From contig JANPLU010000014.1 in the NCBI GenBank assembly GCA_031422435.1, forward strand, positions 1-64,000: a DNA stretch of 64,000 bases. Direction: 5' to 3'. Below, piece after piece: positions 31,101 to 39,447 of the stretch. The notes under the pieces are model-generated. The model was not told where the DNA came from and did no database searches. It was given only the letters and a program-made list of their open reading frames with translations. How positions within the stretch are numbered: position 1 is the stretch's first letter; the number at the start of each line of letters is the position of its first letter. The position numbers and the translations under genes are program-made. This DNA comes from Acaryochloridaceae cyanobacterium VAR_48_metabat_390. GTDB lineage: Bacteria; Cyanobacteriota; Cyanobacteriia; Thermosynechococcales; Thermosynechococcaceae.

Positions 31101-31903
31101 CCGAAAACTGCCCAGAGACCAGTAGACAGTTTGAATCAGCGAGAAAAAGCTTAATAGAGATCTGGGATTTAAGTCAAAGAAGACTTATTGCTAGTCGAGT
31201 TCTTGAAAATGAAATTAATGATTTTAATTTTAGTGAAGATGGAAAGGAAATCGCAGTTGTTTCCAATAAATCAAGCTCAACTCATTCTAGCCACATAACT
31301 CTTTGGAGCTGGGAGGGTGATAAATCAATCCTGTCTGTCCCAATAAAAGACTTAGAGGTAAGTACCGCTAGTTTTAGACCTCGTCATAAAGAACTAGTAA
31401 TAGGGGGTAAAGATGGAAAGATTTATCTTTCAGACTTTAAAGGTAAAACAAATAAATTACTTGAAGGACATACTGATGGGATTACTAGTCTTCAACTAAG
31501 TTCCGATGGTAAAACTCTGGCATCTGGTAGCTACGATGCAACAATTCGATTGTGGAATTTAGACAATAAAAACCTAAATAGAATTCTTGGAAGTCACAAC
31601 ACTTCTATTACTAATTTAAATTTTGGTCAAAATAAACGATGGCTTGCTTCTTCAAGCTCTGATGGAATGATTAAAATTTGGAGCTTAATAGATCAACAAG
31701 ATCCTTTGCTAGGCACCTTACAAAAAAATAGCAATTCAATCCTTGCCTTAAAGTTTAGTCCTGATCACAAATCCTTAATTACGGCTTCTAACAGTGAGCT
31801 ACTGTCTTGGGCTACTGATCTAAATAAGTTGCAGAAATCGACTTGTCAATGGTTACAAGATTACTTTGAGTCTAGCAAGCATCAGAACACTTGTCGCAGA
31901 TAA
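28100..31903 (+). CDS. nSTAND1 NTPase with TM helix and WD40 repeats
   Basis: NPFPGLRSF, FFGRE, GTSGSGKSSLVRAG, VVDQFEELF, LPILQHAL, SHESL; TM near aa 515-538; more than 10 WD40 repeats; ATGA overlap with the TIR gene. Confidence 0.93.
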   Translation: MTLATETRLNPFPGLRSFKTKEENLFFGREKQVNELLQKLRCHRFLAVVGTSGSGKSSLVRAGLLPALHSGFMVQAGSSWRIAVLCPGNAPIYNLAKALNKPEILANNGDEEDEDTRALVIETTLERGALGLVEVVRQARLSASENLLIVVDQFEELFRFQTAPNRDDAEEKASAEEASAFVKLLLEAVKHPEISIYVVLTMRSEFLGDCAQFRDLPETINDSQFLIPRMTRDQLRFAIEGPVAVGGAKITPRLVNRLLNDMGEHPDQLPILQHALMRTWDYWMDAEPFDGLIDVQHYEAIGGVTTALSRHADEIYAGLSNDDEREIAETLFKRLTDKGPYGREIRRPSKLKEICEVTNAAQEKVIRIVDKFRAPGCSFLMPTLSEALTLETTLDISHESLMRIWDRLQNWVEEERQSAQIYRRLAESASLYEQGKTGLCINPELTIALNWLKDNHPNKAWAKRYNQHFDKASEYLEASGKAHDTEIKRQEQDKEAKLKQKEEEVREQKRINQRLKLYGASAITGLVAIGLGIFTFFQARSAVESTTNTLWQSSNVLYETRPERIDSLTYALGAKESLDWGFFNWLPFKDLTIRDQVLGKLLQSAYIVREFNRLERHNAPVNSVSFSKNDEIIASASDDRNIILWHKDNSPPQILEGHFSRVNSVSFRPDGQRIASASADGTIKIWDLSGNTLQSLSKEKQNSSVSSISYSIDGKMLASGSDDSSVTLWKDVNGKFNKPFKTLQHKDRVKAMSFSPKGKSLASVGWDGVIKIWDLNGNLIKSRDLNIRADNPKATPSGRNTQRQRLTSVSFSPDGKTIAVGSLEKLVMIWDLKDNSIKTLNAHTDRVMSVSFSHDNKYLASSSADNTVKVWKLKSQAVDMSLTVEGVTNAQFSPTGILATTELNKKIRLWKLPEIFPNSPIHNQLAPKSIITSEDNSIISMDLSPNGKITVSGEVDIKTNSSKIIFRDSQTKASLLSSNLKCGAIVNVQFSSKNSSIAAIAENCPETSRQFESARKSLIEIWDLSQRRLIASRVLENEINDFNFSEDGKEIAVVSNKSSSTHSSHITLWSWEGDKSILSVPIKDLEVSTASFRPRHKELVIGGKDGKIYLSDFKGKTNKLLEGHTDGITSLQLSSDGKTLASGSYDATIRLWNLDNKNLNRILGSHNTSITNLNFGQNKRWLASSSSDGMIKIWSLIDQQDPLLGTLQKNSNSILALKFSPDHKSLITASNSELLSWATDLNKLQKSTCQWLQDYFESSKHQNTCRR

Positions 31904-31936
31904 TTATATTAAACAAATAAAATTTATTTAGGAACG

Positions 31937-32260
31937 CTATTTCGGGTTTGCGATATGTGTGGGTTCTGGACTAGGCTCTGGAGAAGAAAACAAGCATTGT
32001 GCACCGTTCGTTTTAGCGCTACTTAAGTTAGCACTATTTATATTTTTAGCCCCACATAAGTTGGCACCCATTAAGTTAGCACCTCTTAAGTCTGCACCTG
32101 ATAGATCTAAACCTCTCAAATCTGCACCACTTAAATCACATTTTTGGCAAGAGCCTGTATCCTTCAACTGTCTTAAGTGTGTTTGATTTCCGGCTATAAC
32201 TGGAAGAAAATTACCGAATGCCATCCAAAAAATAGATGTAAAAAAAACAAAAACTTTCAT
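31937..32260 (-). CDS. Secreted pentapeptide-repeat protein
   Basis: Signal peptide, [11 protein letters not shown] repeats. Confidence 0.85.
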   Translation of the reverse strand: MKVFVFFTSIFWMAFGNFLPVIAGNQTHLRQLKDTGSCQKCDLSGADLRGLDLSGADLRGANLMGANLCGAKNINSANLSSAKTNGAQCLFSSPEPSPEPTHIANPK

Positions 32261-32366
32261 ATAGAGGTTCCTTTCTCAGTGAAATAAAAGCTGGTTTCTG
32301 AAATACTTTCCGATCAAGGCTTTAGCGGAGAGTCAACGTGCTTTACTCTGCTAGGAACCTCTATAT
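32259..32366. repeat. 108-bp MITE-like element with perfect 14-bp terminal inverted repeats
   Basis: ATATAGAGGTTCCT (32259-32272) / AGGAACCTCTATAT (32353-32366). Confidence 0.5.
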
Positions 32367-32399
32367 CTTTATTTTTATGAAGAATTGATATTTTGATTG

Positions 32400-32672
32400 T
32401 TATTGATGGATCGAGCCATCGGGCATAGTAGCACCTTTAAGCTTGGCACCACTGAGATTAGCATTTCTGAGATTGGCACGACTGAGATTGGCACCTTCAA
32501 GATTTGCACCACTGAGATTAGTGCCACTGAGATCAGCGCCACTAAGATCACATCCTGGACAAGAATTAGTATCTATCAAGCGTCTCAACTGCTCAGGATT
32601 ATAAGCCTGTACTGAGTTCGACAAAAAAACAGTACTTGACAAGATTACACAGGCTAATGGGTTAAGCTTCAT
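32400..32672 (-). CDS. Secreted pentapeptide-repeat protein
   Basis: Signal peptide, [11 protein letters not shown] repeats, ATMPDG end. Confidence 0.88.
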   Translation of the reverse strand: MKLNPLACVILSSTVFLSNSVQAYNPEQLRRLIDTNSCPGCDLSGADLSGTNLSGANLEGANLSRANLRNANLSGAKLKGATMPDGSIHQ

Positions 32673-32920
32673 GTCTCAAAACACCCTCATGATTATAAGC
32701 AATCTCTAGAAACCCAGAAACATGCTCTCAGAACTGTATAGAGGTAAAATTTTTCGTTGCGCTCTTATCTTATATATTAGAGTTTTTCATTCCATACCGA
32801 CCTTCCTTGTAAAGAAATTTTAATCTTTTTCAGAGCAACTTTTCATCTTTTAGACAGCAGAGACTATAAAAGATTGCTGTCTTTAGAATGGATACTAATA
32901 TTCTTTTTTGAATGAAAAAG

Positions 32921-34951
32921 CTAGATTGCAAACCGATAGTTATCAGCAGACAGTAGCTGCCAGCCATTTTCTGCACCCAGATCTAACACCGTCTGATGAT
33001 AGTCTACGAGGCTAGGGCGATGCCCCACGCTGATGTAAGTCATGTCTAGGCTTTGCAGTAGCTCATACAGTCGCCGCTCGTTGGTCACATCTAAGGCGCT
33101 GGTGGCTTCATCTAGAATGACGTATTTGGGCTGACTCAACAAAATACGGGCAAAAGCAAGGCGCTGCTGCTCCCCTTGAGACAGCACGGCAGCCCAGTCT
33201 TTCTCGGCGGTAAGTCCTCCCATGCGATCACCCAAGTCTTCCAGATTCACAACCGTCAGCGCCTGTTGAATTTCTTCATCGGTAATGTTTTGGCGCAGGT
33301 TGGGGTAAATAAGCTGTTCGCGTAGGGTGCCCAGCAGCATATAGGGCGTTTGCGGCAAAAACAGCACCTCTTGATAGTCTGGGGCTTCCACGGTGCCGGA
33401 ACCATTGCGCCATAAACCTGCGATCGCCCTGAGCAATGAGCTTTTGCCGCAGCCGCTGGTGCCCACCACTAGCAAAGAATGGGGCGACTCTAGCTCAAAA
33501 GAAAGGTTTTGAAACAGAGTTTGTTCTGCATTGGGGGTGCGTAGCGTTAGGTCGCTAATTTTAAACCGCGTAGAGAGATGATTGACGATGCCGCCGCTGG
33601 TACTGCCACCCTCCGCTGGCTGATTAAAGCGCTCAAACAGCATTCCCAAACGCTCAATACTCGCCGCAAATGAAGAAATATCATTAATGCGATTTGTAAT
33701 GAGCGAGAGCGCGCTAAACACCATTGTGAAAGCAAAAATGCTTTGCCCAATCGTCCCAAAATCGACCTGTTTTGAGAAATATAAAGGCGCAACAATAAAA
33801 TAAGGAATAAGCCTAGAAAAATAGTTGTAGGCTCTTTGAAAAGTGCCCAGAAAAGCAGCCCAGATAATCAGAAAATCTGCATTTTGAATCGCTCGACGCA
33901 AGCGACTCACAACCTGATTACTTTCTAAAGACTCTCCTCGATAAAATGCGATAGATTCTGCATTATCTCGAACATGCACCATCCCATAGCGGAAATCGCC
34001 TTCAAGACGAAGCTGCCTAAAATTAAGCTCAATGAGCTTAGTCCCAATAATCACGGCGATCGCAGTCCCAATCGCTACATAGCCGATTAGCCCAAACGTC
34101 AGCTCACGAGAAATACTGAGAAGAATGCCAGTAAACGCAACGAGATCTAACAGCGAGGTCAAAACATCTAAGATGAGGTCTAAAACGATAGTCGTAAAAG
34201 ATCTAATATCTTCGGTAATTCGCTGATCTGGATTATCTATATTTGTATTGGCGGCATTAGAATCTAGCTCATAGTAAGTTCTATCTTTGAAATAACCATT
34301 CAAGAACTTATTCGTCAGCCATTCTCTCCAGAAAAGCGCCAGCTTGCCACGTACATAGACATAGCCCACCAAAATTGGAATGGCAACCACTAAAACAACG
34401 CCATAAACCGTTATATACTCCCAGAAGATTTTGGGATCTCTTGTATTAAGGGCATTGTCAATAAATCTAAAAACATAGCTAATCAGAACATTCAGGCTGC
34501 TTACAATAAAAGCAAGAAAAAGCAGAAATCCTAAAATGAGCCACTGTTGCTCCATCCCCTTCAGTTTTTTTCGATAGGCATAAAAAATGCCCCCGCTGAC
34601 GAACAACAGTACCAAAAACACGTAGGTAGCCGGAAAGCGCAGTAGGCTCTGAAAAATTTCTGAGGCGTTTTTGCCAAGACCCGATAAGAATTGCAGATAA
34701 ATGATCTGCTCCACCAGTCCCGCAAAAAACTTAGGGTTAAACTGGAAGCCGATTAAGGCCAACCCCACCACAAAGAAAAAGGTAAAGGCCACCACAAAAA
34801 CAAGCTGAGTAGCAATCAGAAAGAAAAATTGCCGCGAACTGTTGACTTCCGGCGGATAGAAGTAAGGTTGAGCCACTTCTACAAATCGTGCCCACAGCTT
34901 CCGGTCAAACCGAAACTTAAGCGGGGCGGCTGACGGGTCTACTGCACTCAT
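32921..34951 (-). CDS. ABC transporter fused permease/ATPase (ABCD / SbmA-BacA-like)
   Basis: DNPDQRI, NAESIAFY, GTSGCGKS, LSQGEQQR, LDEATSALD. Confidence 0.92.
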   Translation of the reverse strand: MSAVDPSAAPLKFRFDRKLWARFVEVAQPYFYPPEVNSSRQFFFLIATQLVFVVAFTFFFVVGLALIGFQFNPKFFAGLVEQIIYLQFLSGLGKNASEIFQSLLRFPATYVFLVLLFVSGGIFYAYRKKLKGMEQQWLILGFLLFLAFIVSSLNVLISYVFRFIDNALNTRDPKIFWEYITVYGVVLVVAIPILVGYVYVRGKLALFWREWLTNKFLNGYFKDRTYYELDSNAANTNIDNPDQRITEDIRSFTTIVLDLILDVLTSLLDLVAFTGILLSISRELTFGLIGYVAIGTAIAVIIGTKLIELNFRQLRLEGDFRYGMVHVRDNAESIAFYRGESLESNQVVSRLRRAIQNADFLIIWAAFLGTFQRAYNYFSRLIPYFIVAPLYFSKQVDFGTIGQSIFAFTMVFSALSLITNRINDISSFAASIERLGMLFERFNQPAEGGSTSGGIVNHLSTRFKISDLTLRTPNAEQTLFQNLSFELESPHSLLVVGTSGCGKSSLLRAIAGLWRNGSGTVEAPDYQEVLFLPQTPYMLLGTLREQLIYPNLRQNITDEEIQQALTVVNLEDLGDRMGGLTAEKDWAAVLSQGEQQRLAFARILLSQPKYVILDEATSALDVTNERRLYELLQSLDMTYISVGHRPSLVDYHQTVLDLGAENGWQLLSADNYRFAI

Positions 34952-35127
34952 GGCACCTCAGGGATAAGAAAATGAATCTTTAAGAGCATAGAACAATACT
35001 GGACAGGCACAACACTACTTTGTTCCAGCCCCACAGAGCCACAAGGTATTGATTGAGACAGAAATCTCAAGGTTCACCGGATAGCAGCAAGCCTAACGTA
35101 TACAGACTAGGCTAGAACCAGAAATCT

Positions 35128-36813
35128 TTAGTCAATCGAAACCCCTCGAATGGTCGTGGGGCGGCGTTGACCTACCAGAGGCGCTTGGGCTGCCACGCGC
35201 TCCCGCTGGCGATAAATCAGAAAATGCTCTTGCCATAGAGCTGGCGCATTTAGCGTTTCGCCGCCGTGGTCGGTTAGGCGCTGTCGCACCTGACACAGCA
35301 CAGGGGTATTCACACACAGCCCAGAGATAATGACCTGGCCTTTGGTCAGAGCAGGTAGCTCCTTTAGTAAATCGCGTCCCGCCGCTTCTACGCCGTACTT
35401 TAGGCTTTCTTGGTCAACGGGGTTAACAATCCGCATGACAAACTGGCTCATGCACTGAGACAGCACATCAGAGTCTAGCTTGCCAGGGCGCTGGGTAATT
35501 AACCCAACCCCTAACCCAAACTTGCGCCCTTCGCTCAAAATCGTGCGGATGACGGCCTTACAGCGCGAAGGCTCGTGGGCAGGGGCAAAGCGATGGGCTT
35601 CTTCTAGCAGCACAAAGACGGGGTAAGGCAGATAGTTTTCGTCGTCTGGGTTGAGCTTTTCCTTGACGGTGTTCATTCTGGCCTGGTTGGTTTGCCGCAG
35701 CAGCGCTGCGCAAATCACCTGCTGTTCATCTTGGCTAATCTCGTTCATTTGCAGCACTGTGACCTGACCTGGCTCAAACAGATCTCTCGGACCCAAGTGT
35801 TCAAAGGCATGGAAATATTCCGACAGCTCCAGTTTGCTCAGCTTCCAATCTAAGGCATCCGCAGAAGAACCCTGCTTTTCGTTGCCGTTGTCATCCTGCA
35901 CAATATCCGATTGAAACACTGCATGGCGCAGGTCATTGATATCCCAGCGATCGCCCTTCTTAGACTTGCGCATGAGGTTAAAGGCTTTGTTGAGAATCGA
36001 CTGCTGCCGCTCACTCATTTCCGGCAGTAGCGCCATCACGTCCCCGTAGTCGAGCGACGAGTAGCGAATGCGAATGTCATTAGGATGCAGAATCTTCACC
36101 TGAGGCTCATAGCCATCCTCGCCGCGAAACGCCGGATTATTGCGCAGTCCTTCTAAGGTGCCGTACTCTCCGTGAGGGTCAAAGATCATCACCGCTGCCC
36201 GATTTTGGGGGCGCATGAGTTCTTCAATCAAAACCCCTGCGGTGTAAGACTTCCCAGAACCCGTCCCAGCCAAAATAGCCATGTGGGTACTCACCAGCTC
36301 TTTAACATCCAGAGAAATAGGTACAGCTTTCCCTTCCCTTAGCAGCAAATGCCCCACATGGGCAGAACCCACCGCACCTACAGGCTTTTTGTTCAAAATT
36401 CCGGTTAAAGAGACATCATCTGCCAGAAACACCTTTGCACCTGGCTCTGGCGGACGGCGGGGGTTCATAAATCCAAGGCTGGGGTGGAAGTAGCCAATCA
36501 CCTCCACTGCCACCTCATAGATTTCAGGGCTGGGGTACTTAAACCCAATCAGCGCGGCGATGGTGCTAGGGTCTACTTCGCTATCGGCAAAGATGCGGTC
36601 AGGCAGGTGGTCAACCAGGTGGCAACCCGAAATTTTGCCCAGAATATTGAGGGTGTCTCCTTCAGCATTCTCGACGCGGTAGTAAACAAACTCGCCAATT
36701 TTGATGTGGTCAGTCTGGGCTGTAATAAAGACGTACTGGTTGCCGCTTTCCCCTGGCCCTTTGACCGTGCCGATAATGTGCATTGTGTCTTTAGGCAGAC
36801 GGGTATGCGCCAT
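35128..36813 (-). CDS. HerA/FtsK-family ATPase (DUF87)
   Basis: HAS-barrel-like N-terminus, AGTGSGKSY, FDPHGEY, EEAHRF, EGRKFG, TQRP. Confidence 0.9.
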   Translation of the reverse strand: MAHTRLPKDTMHIIGTVKGPGESGNQYVFITAQTDHIKIGEFVYYRVENAEGDTLNILGKISGCHLVDHLPDRIFADSEVDPSTIAALIGFKYPSPEIYEVAVEVIGYFHPSLGFMNPRRPPEPGAKVFLADDVSLTGILNKKPVGAVGSAHVGHLLLREGKAVPISLDVKELVSTHMAILAGTGSGKSYTAGVLIEELMRPQNRAAVMIFDPHGEYGTLEGLRNNPAFRGEDGYEPQVKILHPNDIRIRYSSLDYGDVMALLPEMSERQQSILNKAFNLMRKSKKGDRWDINDLRHAVFQSDIVQDDNGNEKQGSSADALDWKLSKLELSEYFHAFEHLGPRDLFEPGQVTVLQMNEISQDEQQVICAALLRQTNQARMNTVKEKLNPDDENYLPYPVFVLLEEAHRFAPAHEPSRCKAVIRTILSEGRKFGLGVGLITQRPGKLDSDVLSQCMSQFVMRIVNPVDQESLKYGVEAAGRDLLKELPALTKGQVIISGLCVNTPVLCQVRQRLTDHGGETLNAPALWQEHFLIYRQRERVAAQAPLVGQRRPTTIRGVSID

Positions 36814-36879
36814 GAATTCTCCTGTTGGGGTGCGATGATGCGTTGGAGTTTAGCACTCAGTTTTGATCTGCAAAATGCC

Positions 36880-37722
36880 TTAGGCTTTGCCGTCTTGCTC
36901 AAGGCAGTGTTTTAGAAATGTCTCATAGCACTTGGCATACTCTGGGTTACGCTGTTTCGCCTTGCCAATCGCGGCGATCGCCGCTGGTAATTCACCCATC
37001 CGAAAGTGAACATAGCCCAAGCCATAGTAGCTCTTAGCATGCTGATCGTTAAGGGCAATGGCACGCTGGAACGCGGCGATCGCGCGTACATAGTCCTGCT
37101 GATGAATCAGCGATAGCCCCATACCGTAATAAGCAAAGACATCTCTCGGGTCAAGGCGCGCCGCCTTCTGAAACGCCGCAACGGCACTTATAAAGTCTTG
37201 GCTCCGGTAAAATACGGCACCTAGGTTACAGAAGAGCGTTGACTGAGTAGGGCGCATCTCAATTGCCTGTCTTAGCAATGCTGCCGCCTCTGAATACTGA
37301 GCAAGATAATACTGCGCGACACTCAACCCATTCAGCGCCTCAATAGATTTTTTTTCTCTTTGCAGTACGCGCTTAAAATTATCTGCCGCCCCTTCAAAGT
37401 TTTTCTGCTTCAGCTTAATAAGACCGCGCTGAAGCCAAACTTGAGTCCAAGATTGATCAGAGTCGGACTGGACATAGGTGGTCGTTGAGGACAGCGGCAT
37501 TTTTAGGGTGGACGCAGGCTGAATAGCTGTGAAGTCCTCAAGATCTTCTGTCATTGGGTGAACCAGATCATCGCCCTCAGACGGTCGCTTATTGTCGAGG
37601 TGGTTTGCTAAAGCTAAGCCTTCTTTGAATAAGTGGGCTGTATTAACCAAAGCATCAGGGTTTTGGCTTTGCATGACTAGGTATTGTGAGGAGGGTTTAA
37701 CGTCTTGTGCTAGATTTTCCAT
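36880..37722 (-). CDS. Tetratricopeptide repeat protein
   Basis: About five TPR-like units (NLGAVF, AYYGMG, SYYGLG). Confidence 0.85.
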   Translation of the reverse strand: MENLAQDVKPSSQYLVMQSQNPDALVNTAHLFKEGLALANHLDNKRPSEGDDLVHPMTEDLEDFTAIQPASTLKMPLSSTTTYVQSDSDQSWTQVWLQRGLIKLKQKNFEGAADNFKRVLQREKKSIEALNGLSVAQYYLAQYSEAAALLRQAIEMRPTQSTLFCNLGAVFYRSQDFISAVAAFQKAARLDPRDVFAYYGMGLSLIHQQDYVRAIAAFQRAIALNDQHAKSYYGLGYVHFRMGELPAAIAAIGKAKQRNPEYAKCYETFLKHCLEQDGKA

Positions 37723-37740
37723 CTTATTGCTGCTGCTGCT

Positions 37741-38427
37741 CTACCCTGTGTGTGCCTTTAATTCATTTAAGCGATGCTGCGCCCGATGGATTTGTTGATC
37801 CAACGCATGAGCCATCTCCGCTAAGAGATCTCTCCCCATGTGCTGCCCTCTCTTTGCTTTTATTTGTAGCTGAAAAAGATCCGTTTTTTCTAGTTTCTGA
37901 ATTTTTTTCTCGATACTGGCTAGCCGCTGCTCACTCTGCACAATCTGACGGATGGTGCGAATAAGTTCGGCATTGAGATCTTCGCCTTGCACAGACTCAG
38001 GATCATTAGACCAGTCCAGAAACAGCGTCTTCAGTCGTTCAAGATCGCCACATTCATAAGCTCGATTCGCCTCTGCCATCAGCAGTTCTCGCTTTGCACG
38101 AGCTTCTGGTTCAGTGGCGAGGTCAGGGTGAATGGCCTTAGCAAGCTGACGATAGACTTGCTTTAGCTCACTAGAAGGCTGAAAGGTCTGAGCTGAGGCA
38201 AAACAGGCCATATATTCTTCAATCTGGGCTTCAATGCGCTGAAGCTCCTGCTGCCGCATACCAATCACCTGTAGATAAAGCCGTTCAAAGGCATGAAGTT
38301 CAGCTTGAAACGTCGCTAACTCCAGCTCACGCTCTGCTAAACGGGTTTCAAGATCCGCAAGTTCAGTGCGCCTATTCTGGAGTTCCTTTTCTTCTGGACT
38401 GGGTTCTCGAATTAAGCCGCCTGTCAT
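37741..38427 (-). CDS. Coiled-coil protein with internal J domain
   Basis: LKQVYRQLAKAIHPD...EANRAYE flanked by heptad repeats. Confidence 0.8.
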   Translation of the reverse strand: MTGGLIREPSPEEKELQNRRTELADLETRLAERELELATFQAELHAFERLYLQVIGMRQQELQRIEAQIEEYMACFASAQTFQPSSELKQVYRQLAKAIHPDLATEPEARAKRELLMAEANRAYECGDLERLKTLFLDWSNDPESVQGEDLNAELIRTIRQIVQSEQRLASIEKKIQKLEKTDLFQLQIKAKRGQHMGRDLLAEMAHALDQQIHRAQHRLNELKAHTG

Positions 38428-38436
38428 TATGCAATC

Positions 38437-39381
38437 TTAAAGGGTTGAGATATTAGGCTGAGTGGGTTTCATTAGATCTTTGACCAGCTTATCAAGCGCC
38501 GTCTGCATTAAGCTACGAACCTTTTCATAACAGTCATTCACATAGTCTTCATCTTTTGCTGCGTCGGGTCCATAGCGCTCAAACACGATAGGAGGGCAAA
38601 CCCGCGTATGAATGGCAGCGGGAAATGGAATATGGGGCAATGGACCAACAGCAATTCCCCAAGGCATTCCTAAATAGATAGGACAGACTTCTGGGTCAAT
38701 GCCAAGGAGCCAAGGAAGGCCAAACTGTTGCCGAACGGCCTGCACCTGAGGGTAAATATCTGTGAGCACGATTAGGGTTTCGTGGGCACCGCAAGAGATA
38801 GCGGGCACGATGGGCACTTCTTCTCGAAGGGCCAGCTTAATAAACCCTTGGCGACCGTTAAAGTGAATATCATGACGCAGCGGATACGGGCGAAAGACAT
38901 CCTGAATGCCGCCGGGATAGACCAAAACGCTGGCTCCAGACCGCAGTGCGGCGATCGCCATCCTTGGATGCGCCTGGAGCGCGCCGCACTGCACCGCCAT
39001 CCGCGCCAGTATAGGCATCACCTGCCAAACCTTAGGATGCATTAGGCCATACATAGGCCGCTCTGTCCCAAACCGCCAAAACCAGTCCGTCATCATCATG
39101 AACATATCAGGAGCCGCCATACCGCCATTGTGAGAACCGACATAGAGCGCCTTTTCAGTTCTAGAGACGTGTTCCCAGCCATCTGTCGTGACGCGAAAGT
39201 AATAGTGGTATAGCCATTCCCACCAGGGCATAAACTGCTCAATCACGCAAAGGTCACGGTCTGCTAAAGACCAGCCGTTCAAGGTATCTGCTGGGGCTTG
39301 CTCAGCCTTGACGTACAGCTCAGAAACCTTACTCAAGGCTGGAAGAATGGAGAGAAAATGAGGCCGCATGGGTTCAATCAA
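38437..39381 (-). CDS. Lysophospholipid/diacylglycerol acyltransferase family protein
   Basis: VGSHNGG, VYPGG, GFIKLAL, VPIVP. Confidence 0.85.
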   Translation of the reverse strand: MIEPMRPHFLSILPALSKVSELYVKAEQAPADTLNGWSLADRDLCVIEQFMPWWEWLYHYYFRVTTDGWEHVSRTEKALYVGSHNGGMAAPDMFMMMTDWFWRFGTERPMYGLMHPKVWQVMPILARMAVQCGALQAHPRMAIAALRSGASVLVYPGGIQDVFRPYPLRHDIHFNGRQGFIKLALREEVPIVPAISCGAHETLIVLTDIYPQVQAVRQQFGLPWLLGIDPEVCPIYLGMPWGIAVGPLPHIPFPAAIHTRVCPPIVFERYGPDAAKDEDYVNDCYEKVRSLMQTALDKLVKDLMKPTQPNISTL

Positions 39382-39447
39382 CGAGGGATAAGGCGCCGCG
39401 CAGGACTAAAGAGTCTCGCAATATTACCATGTCAGGCTCTCTCTGCC

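Noticed and set aside
32440..32550. 15-nt periodic repeats (GCACCACTGAGATT) resembling a short array
   Set aside because: They are pentapeptide-repeat codons; there are no unique spacers and no cas genes, so not CRISPR
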